Assembly (NCBI GenBank): GCA_030685015.1
Contig: JAUXWS010000059.1
Location: 87,052 to 151,051 of the forward strand
Direction of reading: 5' to 3'
Source: a bacterium
GTDB lineage: Bacteria; CAIWAD01
DNA: 64,000 nt
The notes under the pieces are model-generated. The model was given only the letters and a program-made list of their open reading frames with translations, was not told the DNA's origin and searched no databases. Positions 36,029 to 43,870 of the stretch are shown in pieces; the stretch's first letter is position 1, and the number at the start of each line of letters is the position of its first letter. Both the position numbers and the translations under genes were made by a program.

Positions 36029-36397
36029 TCATGCTTTCTCCCGCGGCTGGACCAGCTCAAGCAGGTTGCCGTCCGGATCCTCGAGCGCGGCGTAGCGTCC
36101 CTGGGGCACCGTGAGGATCTCCGTCAGGAAGCGCACGCCGGCCACCCTCAGCCGCGCCGTCTCCGCCTCGATGTCGCCGCAGGCCAGGCAGAGAACCGTG
36201 GCGCGTTCGCGGCCGTAATTCGCCTGGTGCGGGGCGGGGGACGCCCCGGCCATCAGGATCAGCTCCACGCCGCAGTCCAGGGCCAGCCAGCCCTCGCCGC
36301 CCTGCCTCACCGGCAGGCCCAGCACGCCCTCGTAGAAGGCGCGGGCCCGGGCCAGGTCGGAGACGAAGCTCTGGATCTCGGCGAAGCGCAGGCTCAT
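36029..36397 (-). CDS. VOC family (glyoxalase/bleomycin-resistance fold) protein
   Basis: 122 aa. The N-terminus MSLRFAEIQSFVSDLARARAFYEGVLGL is the VOC beta-alpha-beta-beta-beta module pattern. Confidence 0.65.
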   Translation of the reverse strand: MSLRFAEIQSFVSDLARARAFYEGVLGLPVRQGGEGWLALDCGVELILMAGASPAPHQANYGRERATVLCLACGDIEAETARLRVAGVRFLTEILTVPQGRYAALEDPDGNLLELVQPREKA

Positions 36398-38337
36398 GCT
36401 CCCGCCTCCCGTTCCTTCCGGGGGACGAGCAAGGGCATGGGCAGGTCCAGTCCACGGGCCAGGATCCGGATCAGGAAGAGGCCGTCCGGGGTCAGCTGGT
36501 TGTCCAGCGCGCCGCAGGCCATGGCCCCGCGCATCAACCGGATGCGGTCGGGCCGGGGCAGGGCGCCCAGTTCCTCCATGGCCGCCTCCAGTTCGCGACC
36601 ATCCCCCGGGGGCGGGGGCAGGGCGCCCTCTTCAGGCAAGGCGGCCTCGCGGCAGCCGGCGGCGAAGGCGCGGGCCGCTCCCTCCTCATCCTCATGCTCC
36701 AGGCGGGCCAGGGCGGTCAAGAGCAGACGGGCGGAAGGCGCAGCCTGGACCAGGTTCCCCCGGTGCGCCGGCGGGCGTCGCCCCAAGCCATGGGCGCCGT
36801 CCAGGTGGTGGAGCACGAGCCGCTGCAGAAGCCACTCCCGCAGACTGATTGCCTGGTCGGCCTCGATCAATTCCAGCAGGGCCTGGCGGAAGAGCAGGGC
36901 CTGCGGGCGCGACAGGCCGTGCAGTGTGGCCAGGGCCAGGTCCACGAGCGGCAACCTAAGCTCGGGGGCAAGGGCCTGCATGGGCGGGACCAGCTTGTCC
37001 GCCAGGTCCGCCAAGCCGCCCGCGCCCAGGGCGCGCACCAGCACCAGCTGGCGTTGGCGGGCCTCCGGCGTGGCATCCGCCGCCAGGGCGAGCAGAAGTG
37101 CCTGGGCGCCCAGGGGGTCCTGGCTTTCGCCCGCCAGATCGGGCGGCAGTCTGCCCAGCAGGCCACGGGCATAGCCCAGGCTGCGCGTGTCCGCCTGGCC
37201 GGCCTGATCCAGCGCCTCCAAAGCCGCTGAGACACTCAAGAGGCGGCGGACCGGAGCGGCCGCAGCCGGGCGGCCCGCCGCGGCGGGCAAGGGGGCCGGA
37301 TTCCGCGCCCGCGGCAGCGGCTCCTGCCAGCGGCCGTCCCAGTCCGGGTCCAGGCGCCGCACCCGCTCCGCCAGCGGGGGATGCGTGGCCAGCGGATTGC
37401 GGAGGGAGGCCTTCACCCCCAGGCTGAAGTAGGCGTGGCTGAACTCCGAGGCGTTCGGCGTTCGCAGGAGGGATCCTTGCGGGGCGCCGCCGATCCTTTT
37501 CAGAGCCCCGGCCAGGCCGGCGGGGTGGCGCGTGTATTGCACGGCGGCAGCGTCCGCGTGGAACTCGCGCTGGCGGCTGATGAGCGCCTTGATCAGGTTG
37601 CCGAAGAAGGAGCCGATGTAGCCCACGGCCAACAAGGCCAGCGCGGCCAGGCCCAGCGCCGCGCCGACGCTTCCCACGCCGCCACGGCCCCGCGTCCCGC
37701 CCAGGCGCACTCCCCGCAGGTGGCGCAGGACGAACTCGCCGGTCAGGCCCAGCAGCAGGATGCCGTGCAGGGTACCCGCCAAATGCAGGTTCCTCGCCAT
37801 GTCGCCCCCCGTGATGTGGCTGATCTCGTGGGCGACGACGCCCTGCAGCTCATCGCGGGACAAGGATTCCACGGCACCGCGCGTCACCCCGATGACGGCA
37901 TCGGCGGGAGTCCAGCCGGCGGCGAAGGCGTTGATCGCCGGCTCGTCAAGCAGAAAGACGGCGGGCACGGGGATGCCGGCGGCCAGGGCCATCTCCTCGA
38001 CCACGTTGAGCAGCTTCCGCAGCTGTGGGTCCTGGCTGGAGGGGTGCACGCGCCGGCCGCCCAGCCCTTCCGCCACGGTTCGGCCGCCGCCGGCCAGCTG
38101 CCTCAGCTTGAGCAGGCTGCCCAACACGATCACGGTCAGCACGGCCAAGGCCACGGCCAGGGCGAGGCCCGGCTCCTGGCCGCTGAGGATTTGCCCCGAC
38201 CAAGTGCGGGTCCCCTTGAGGGCGAGCAGGACCGCGGCGACGGCCGCCGCCATGATGCCCGCCACGGCCAGCCCGAAGAGCAGCACCAGCCAGCCCGTGT
38301 TGCGCCGGGCGAGATCCTGGGCGTGGTGGAAGTTCAT
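36394..38337 (-). CDS. HtpX-like M48 membrane metallopeptidase with a long C-terminal helical extension
   Basis: N-terminal TM helices. HExxH in VVAHEISHITGGD. ~350-aa Ala/Leu/Arg-rich C-terminal region. ATGA overlap with the VOC gene. Confidence 0.8.
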   Translation of the reverse strand: MNFHHAQDLARRNTGWLVLLFGLAVAGIMAAAVAAVLLALKGTRTWSGQILSGQEPGLALAVALAVLTVIVLGSLLKLRQLAGGGRTVAEGLGGRRVHPSSQDPQLRKLLNVVEEMALAAGIPVPAVFLLDEPAINAFAAGWTPADAVIGVTRGAVESLSRDELQGVVAHEISHITGGDMARNLHLAGTLHGILLLGLTGEFVLRHLRGVRLGGTRGRGGVGSVGAALGLAALALLAVGYIGSFFGNLIKALISRQREFHADAAAVQYTRHPAGLAGALKRIGGAPQGSLLRTPNASEFSHAYFSLGVKASLRNPLATHPPLAERVRRLDPDWDGRWQEPLPRARNPAPLPAAAGRPAAAAPVRRLLSVSAALEALDQAGQADTRSLGYARGLLGRLPPDLAGESQDPLGAQALLLALAADATPEARQRQLVLVRALGAGGLADLADKLVPPMQALAPELRLPLVDLALATLHGLSRPQALLFRQALLELIEADQAISLREWLLQRLVLHHLDGAHGLGRRPPAHRGNLVQAAPSARLLLTALARLEHEDEEGAARAFAAGCREAALPEEGALPPPPGDGRELEAAMEELGALPRPDRIRLMRGAMACGALDNQLTPDGLFLIRILARGLDLPMPLLVPRKEREAGA

Positions 38338-38356
38338 GGCGCGCCCCCGGTTCTCC

Positions 38357-38956
38357 TCAGAAACTCACCTTGGGCGCCGCCTGGAACTGCGCGCTGTCGG
38401 CGAACTCCAGCAGGGAGGCGTCGACGGGGTGGCCGAAGACCGGCGCGAACAGGGTGGTCGGAAAGGATTGGCGCGTGCTGTTGTAGTCCGTCACCTGGTC
38501 GTTGTAGGCCTGGCGGGCGAAGGCGACCCTGTTTTCCGTGCTGGTCAGCTCCTCGCTGAGCTGCATCATGGTGGTGTTGGCCTTGAGGTCCGGGTAGGCC
38601 TCCATCACGACGCTCAAGCGGCCCAGGGCATCGGAGAGCCCGCCCTCCGCGCGGCCGAGCCCGGCCATGGCCGCCCCGGCGCCTGGTTGGGCCTTGGCCG
38701 CCTCAAGCATGGCCAGCGCCGTGTTGCGCGCGGCGATCACCGCCTCCAGGGTCTCCCGTTCATGCGAGATGTAGCCCTTGGCCGTCTCCACCAGGTTGGG
38801 GATGAGGTCGTAGCGGCGCTTGAGCTGCACCTCGATCTGGGCGAAGGCGTTCTGGTAGCGGTTGCGCAGGAGCACCAGGCGGTTGTAGATGCCGATCACG
38901 TAGAGGAAGAGGACACCCAGCAGCGCCAGCACAATGACGATTCCCAGCATGATCAT
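38357..38956 (-). CDS. LemA family membrane protein
   Basis: ORF 38357..39025, with start at the ATG preceded by AAGGAG. Product MIMLGIVIVLALLGVLFLYVIGIYNRLV...RYDLIPNLVETAKGY is the LemA signature. Confidence 0.85.
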   Translation of the reverse strand: MIMLGIVIVLALLGVLFLYVIGIYNRLVLLRNRYQNAFAQIEVQLKRRYDLIPNLVETAKGYISHERETLEAVIAARNTALAMLEAAKAQPGAGAAMAGLGRAEGGLSDALGRLSVVMEAYPDLKANTTMMQLSEELTSTENRVAFARQAYNDQVTDYNSTRQSFPTTLFAPVFGHPVDASLLEFADSAQFQAAPKVSF

Positions 38957-39223
38957 CTCCTTGATTGGCGGGCGCGGACCGCCCGCGTCGGGGGGACGCC
39001 CCAATACGGCGAAATCAGGACGCAAGTGGAAGCGGCATGGCCCAGCAGCCTGTCGGACTTGGCCACTTGGCGGTCTTCATCGCCCCATTCGGTCCGGATT
39101 TTCCGCAAGTTTCTTGAACAGACCACCAGTATGCCCTGCGAAACTTCCGAAAAACCGGCCTCGATTTGGGCGCGAATCCCATCCAAGGCCCAAGCCCGAC
39201 AGGCTGTTAGTCGCCGGGGAAGG

Positions 39224-40537
39224 TCAGGCGCACTCCTGGCCTGGCAACAGGCCGCGGCGGACGTAGACGGCGTGGGCCATCTGCCGCAGTCGCGGCATGC
39301 GCGGCAGCGCCAACGCGGCACAGGCGGCGTAGACCAGGGCGCCGCAGGCCAGGGCCCAGGGGGCGCTCCAGACATCCGCCAGCCAGCCCAACAACAAGGC
39401 CCCCACGGGGAAGCTGCCCATGAAGGACATGGTGTAGAAGCTCATCACGCGGCCGCGCTGCTCGTCCTCCACCAGGGTCTGCAACAGTGTGTTGCTGCCG
39501 GCCATCTGGATCATCTGCCCGAATCCGATGGGCAGCATGAGCAGCAGGGAGAGCCAGACCGAGGTGGAGAGGGCGAAGGCGACCAGGGCCAGGCAGAAGA
39601 TGCCCGCCGAGATGACGATGAGTCGGCCGAGACCCAGGACGCTGCGGCGCGAGGCCAGATGAAAAGCTCCGCCGAGGGCGCCCACGCCCACGCCGCCCAT
39701 GAGGAAGCCCAGCGTGTCCGGGCCGCCGCCCAGGATGTCGCGGGCGAAGACGGGGAGCAGCACGGTGTAGGTCATGCCGACGAAGTTGAAGACCATCAGC
39801 AGGAGCAGGATGGCCCAGAGCGGGGGATTACCCATGACATAGCGCCAGCTCTCGCCCAGGCCCTCCCGCAAGCCGCGCCGCCGCTCCCGGGCACGGGCCT
39901 CGTCCCGGGCGGGGAGTCGCATCATCAGCAGGCAGGCCAGCACGGCCACATAGCTCAGGCCGTTGGCCAGGAAACAGACCCCCTCACCGGCCAGCGCGAT
40001 GAGCAGGCCGGCCAGGGAGGGTCCCAGCAGGCGGGCGCCGTTGAACATGGAGGAGTTGAGGGCGATGGCATTTCCCAGATCCCGGCGGTCGTCCACCAGC
40101 TCCACCAGGAGGGCATGGCGCACGGGCATGTCGAATCCGTTGATGGCGGCCATCAGCACGCTCAAGGCGACGACGTGCCAGAGCTGGATCCAGCCGCCCA
40201 GCACCAGCGCCGCCAGCAGCAGGGCCTGCAGCATGGACATCACTTGGGTGGCGAAGAGCAGACGGTGCTTGTCCACCCGGTCGGCGATGGCGCCGGCCAG
40301 CGGCGCGATGAGGAAGGTGGGCAGGTTGCCGGCGAAACTCAGCAGGCCCAGCAGGAAGGCCGAGTCGGTCAGGCGGTAGACCAGCCAGGCCAGCGCCACC
40401 CGCTGCATCCAGGTCCCCACCAGCGACACGCCTTGTCCCAGGAAGAAGAGCCGGTAGTTGCGGTGACGCAGGGCGCGCCCCACGATGGCCAGACGGGGGA
40501 TGGGCGCGAAATCGCGCCAGGCGGAGAGGCGGAGCAT
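39224..40537 (-). CDS. MFS transporter (EntS/YbdA-like)
   Basis: 437 aa with about 12 predicted TM helices. MFS block GAIADRVDKHRLL. Confidence 0.8.
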   Translation of the reverse strand: MLRLSAWRDFAPIPRLAIVGRALRHRNYRLFFLGQGVSLVGTWMQRVALAWLVYRLTDSAFLLGLLSFAGNLPTFLIAPLAGAIADRVDKHRLLFATQVMSMLQALLLAALVLGGWIQLWHVVALSVLMAAINGFDMPVRHALLVELVDDRRDLGNAIALNSSMFNGARLLGPSLAGLLIALAGEGVCFLANGLSYVAVLACLLMMRLPARDEARARERRRGLREGLGESWRYVMGNPPLWAILLLLMVFNFVGMTYTVLLPVFARDILGGGPDTLGFLMGGVGVGALGGAFHLASRRSVLGLGRLIVISAGIFCLALVAFALSTSVWLSLLLMLPIGFGQMIQMAGSNTLLQTLVEDEQRGRVMSFYTMSFMGSFPVGALLLGWLADVWSAPWALACGALVYAACAALALPRMPRLRQMAHAVYVRRGLLPGQECA

Positions 40538-40625
40538 GCGGGCGCCTTCAGGTCGGGACGGGTCTGTGGTCCTCGCCGGTCGAATCCGATGGGCCGCAAG
40601 CTAAGGAACTGGCCGCAAGCAGGGC

Positions 40626-41120
40626 TCAGGCCGCATCCTTGTCGTCCGACTGCTTGCCGCTCAGGGACTCGATCTCGATGGCCCACACCCGCGTCCGCTC
40701 CAGGCTGGCCGGCTGGTAGTCCCAGGCGCCCTGGCCGCCATAGTGGCGCATGATTTCGTCCAGGGCGGCGCGCCGCTCGTCGTGGCTGCGCAACTCCCGC
40801 ACGAGGCCGGTGCCGATCACCGAGCGGTAGGCGAAGCTCCAGGAGCAGGCCCTGTCCGGATGCGTCAGCAGGCGCAGGTCGCAGTGGGCCGCGAAACAGA
40901 CGCGGGGGTTCCTGGCCAGCATCTCCAGTTTGCGGCCCTCCCGCGCCGTGTGGAAGAAGAGGCGGCGGCCGTCATAACCGAAGGAAAGCGGCACCAGGTA
41001 AGGCTCCTGATCCACCGCCATGGCCAGGTGCAGCAGCTCCGCGCCGTGGAGCACCTCATCCAGGCCGGCCCGCGAGTCCATGGCCTTGTCCCGCCGGCGC
41101 AGGGGCCGTTGCATGTCCAT
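40626..41120 (-). CDS. pyridoxamine 5-prime-phosphate oxidase-like FMN-binding split-barrel protein
   Basis: ORF 40626..41234, with start at the ATG for MDMQRPLRRRDKAMDSRAGLDEVL. Contains LSFGYDGRRLFFHTAREGRKL. Confidence 0.6.
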   Translation of the reverse strand: MDMQRPLRRRDKAMDSRAGLDEVLHGAELLHLAMAVDQEPYLVPLSFGYDGRRLFFHTAREGRKLEMLARNPRVCFAAHCDLRLLTHPDRACSWSFAYRSVIGTGLVRELRSHDERRAALDEIMRHYGGQGAWDYQPASLERTRVWAIEIESLSGKQSDDKDAA

Positions 41121-41193
41121 GGCTCCCCCAAAAAGACCAGCCCCCGATCCGGACGGGGGCTGGTGGATTGTCCACGTGGGCTGGTTCGAAGGG

Positions 41194-41577
41194 CTAGAAA
41201 CGACGGTTGCCGCCGCCTCCGTAGCCGCCACCACCGCCGCCGCTGCGATTGCCGCCGCCGCCGCCGAAGCCGCCGCGACCGCCCCCGCCCCCGCCGAAAC
41301 CGCCGCCGCCGCGGGGCCGGCTGCCCTCCTCGCGCGGACGGGCCTCGTTGACGGTGAGGGCGCGACCGTTGATCTCCTTGCCGTTCAATTCGGCGATGGC
41401 CGTGGCCGCCTCGCCGTCATTGGCCATCTCCACGAAGCCGAAGCCTTTGGAGCGATTCGTGTCGCGATCCATGATGACCGTGGCCGACGTGACCTGGCCG
41501 TAGGCTCCGAACAGCTCCTCGAGGTCCTGGCTGCCCATGGTGAAGTTCAAGTTGCCGACGTACAACTTCTTGCTCAT
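41194..41577 (-). CDS. RNA-binding protein, RRM domain with Gly-rich C-terminal tail
   Basis: RNP2 block LYVGNL and RNP1 block KGFGFVEM, followed by a GGGFGGGGGGRGG tail. Confidence 0.85.
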   Translation of the reverse strand: MSKKLYVGNLNFTMGSQDLEELFGAYGQVTSATVIMDRDTNRSKGFGFVEMANDGEAATAIAELNGKEINGRALTVNEARPREEGSRPRGGGGFGGGGGGRGGFGGGGGNRSGGGGGGYGGGGNRRF

Positions 41578-41887
41578 CGAAAAGACTCCTGTTGGAAGAA
41601 CTGTGAGGATCCACGCCGTGCCTTGAACGTGTCAGCCCGGAGCTGCCTCGTTTCGAACCACGCCCCTGTCACGTCGCCCCGGCCGTCCGGCCCAGCGGAG
41701 CGGACCCGGATTCCCGCCCGAATGCTCCTTCCAGCAAGGACATACGCGACAAGCGGCGCGGGAATGTAGTGTTAGCGGGGGGGAAGTCCACTCACAATTT
41801 CGCATGGACAATCGCCGATCCAGGCCAGGCCGGGATCTCCCTTCACAGTCCGGAGCATGGCTGGTCGGCGCGATCGCGGTAAATGAA

Positions 41888-41911
41888 AGAGGGTGCCCGC
41901 GGGCACCCTCT
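41888..41911 (-). terminator. 24-nt perfect palindrome AGAGGGTGCCCGCGGGCACCCTCT followed by UUCAUUU on the minus-strand transcript: intrinsic terminator of selenoprotein candidate 1
   Basis: Seen directly, 23 nt downstream of the stop at 41935. Confidence 0.5.
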
Positions 41912-41934
41912 TCGGCGTCAGGATGTCGTCGGCC

Positions 41935-43722
41935 TCACTTGACCAGCATGACCTTCATCGCGTCGCGGGGCAGGCCGTCCACCACCAGCCGCACGAGGTA
42001 GAGGCCGCTGGCCAGCTCGGCGCCGTCCAGGGTGCGGGCGTGGGTGCCCGCCGCCTGGCGGCCCGCCTCAAGACGCCGCAGCTCCTGCCCCAGGGTGTTG
42101 AAGACGGCCAGCGCCACCGCGCCTTCCCGCTCCAGGCGATATTCCACCGTGGTGGTCGGATTGAAGGGGTTGGGCGTGGCCTGCACCAGGCGGAAGTCCT
42201 GCGGGCCGGCCGCCGGCGCCGGCGTCACGCCGGTCCCCATGAAGTAGTCCATGACGTGCTCGAGGAACATGGGCATGTTCATGGAACCGGTGACCGAGGA
42301 ATGGATGCGCGTGGCCTCAACGGGGAAACCGCAGAATATGGCGGCGTAGGGCGTGCCGGTGGTGTAAACCGCCGCCGGGGCGTTGGCCACCTGCCGCCAG
42401 GTGCCGAAGACCACGCCGGGTGCCGTCACGTCCAGCACGTCGGGATCCTGGCTGTTGTTGGCGCCCTGCACGCCGGTGATGACGAAGGCGGTGCCGTCGA
42501 ACCAGGTGTCGCCCGCCACGCCATCGATCACGAAGACGGAGCCGGCATCGGTGTCGGTCACGGTCACGCCGAAGTAGTCGGCCAGGAAGTCGGCCCGGGC
42601 GGGATTGGTGGACATGAACTGGCTCGACAAGAGCAGCCGTCCTCCGCCGTCCAGGAAGGTGCGCAGACCAGCCTCCTCGGCGTCGGTGACGTCGTTCTGC
42701 TTGATGCCGCCCAGCCACAGGATGCGCTCATAGCGGCCCATTTCGTCGGCGGCCAGGGGATTGTTCAAGCCGGACCAGACGTCGTGGCCGATCCCGGCCA
42801 GATCCAGGGCGGAGGTGACGAAGCTCTCGTTGTCGTCCATGCCGCCGTCGCTATCCACCAGCAAGGTGGCCGGGCGGCCAATGCGCTGGGTGTGGGTCAG
42901 CGTGCCCGTGGCCGTGCCGCCGTTGTAGGGGGCCGAGTACGCGAAGCTAAAGGTGGCCCAGTGCGGCTCGATGCCGGCGGCGACGGTGTAGACGAAGGGG
43001 CCGCTCCCTTCCACGGTCTCGCCCGGTTGGGCGGCTGGGAAGGTGACGGTGTTCTGGGTGATGGTCACGGCCGGGTCGCTGCAGGTCATGACCACCGTGC
43101 AGCCGTTGGCGGGGACGGCGATGGGGCTGTTGCGCAAGCTCAGGTCGTAGTGGATGGTCTCGCCGCCGTCGGGCCGGCCGTCCCCGTTGTCGTCGGAGAC
43201 GATGGCCAGCGATTGCACGGTGAACACAGGATAAGCAACCGACATGTACTGGTTGATGATGTTGTGCATCGCGCCTTCACTGAACCCGCTAGCCGTGTAG
43301 CGGACGATACCGTCTGTGTCCAGAATGACGTTGTATGGTATGTAGTTGTTGCCGTATTGGCTGTAGATGCTGGCGCAGCCCGTCAACACCAGGAAGGTGG
43401 GGTTGTACTGGTCCCAATGGGCATGCAGGGCGGCCGCTGAGGCGTTGTCCGTGTCGATGTGGACCAGTTCGAAGGCGGCGGGATCGTAGACTTGCTCAAA
43501 GTTGGTTTGAAGCACCGGAAACTCGGTGTTGCAGGAGGGTCACCACGTGGCACCGAAGTTTATCACCACCACCTTGCCCCGCTGGGCGTAGAGGTTCCAG
43601 CTGCCACCGTTCCAGTCGTTGCAGGTGAAGTCCGTCGGCGTTTGGCCCACCATCCAGGCGGCCTCAGCCGACAGGGCCATGCCCAGGGTGACCACGCCCA
43701 GCGCGATCGCGTTCTTCATCAT
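41935..43722 (-). CDS. candidate selenoprotein: secreted TlpA-like thioredoxin-fold oxidoreductase (UxxC active site) fused to a large C-terminal region with a FlgD-Ig/T9SS type-A-like sorting domain. In-frame UGA at 43540..43542 is read as Sec.
   Basis: ORFs 43540..43854 and 41935..43515 are in the same frame, separated only by TGA. Start at the ATG at 43722 with a GGGAGG RBS and signal peptide MMKNAIALGVVTLGMALSAEA. Read-through gives KVVVINFGATW-U-PSCNTEFPVLQ, which aligns with TlpA/ResA WCxPCRxExPxL. C-terminus TPNPFNPTTTVEYRLE...GLYLVRL. Confidence 0.65.
43511..43530 (-). promoter_or_regulatory. SECIS-like hairpin AA-CACCG-AGUUUC-CGGUG-CU; the core stem starts 11 nt 3-prime of the UGA at 43540..43542 (9 nt to the extended AA/UU stem)
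   Basis: Seen directly on the minus-strand mRNA. The core stem begins 11 nt after the UGA (9-nt spacer to the flanking AA/CU extension), and the loop contains GU. Position and shape fit the bacterial SECIS model. Confidence 0.5.
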
Positions 43723-43793
43723 TCCGCCTCCCTGATGGGTCCATGTATTGAACCATGGACCTGTGTTGTTCCGATTGAATGCTTTGTCAACCG

Positions 43794-43822
43794 CCGGGAG
43801 CATGATCGCACCATGCTCCCGG
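43794..43822. other. perfect 11-bp inverted repeat CCGGGAGCATG-N7-CATGCTCCCGG between the two paralogs
   Basis: Seen directly. It lies ~50 nt downstream of the copy-2 stop (43871) and ~70 nt upstream of the copy-1 start. No U-tract follows, so it may be a terminator-like or processing hairpin. Confidence 0.4.
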
Positions 43823-43870
43823 GAGATTTGGCAATTCCGAAGCAAATTCAGCAACTCCCGCGCCAGAAGA

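Noticed and set aside
37381-40753. Plus-strand ORFs 37381..38559 and 37760..40753 (997 aa)
   Set aside because: Antisense to the HtpX-like, LemA and MFS genes. Low-complexity translations.
43540-43542. Alternative explanation for the in-frame TGAs: genetic code with UGA as Trp or Gly
   Set aside because: Dozens of other genes in the window terminate cleanly at TGA, for example lon and the murD/murE overlaps (ATGA). A global reassignment is therefore excluded.
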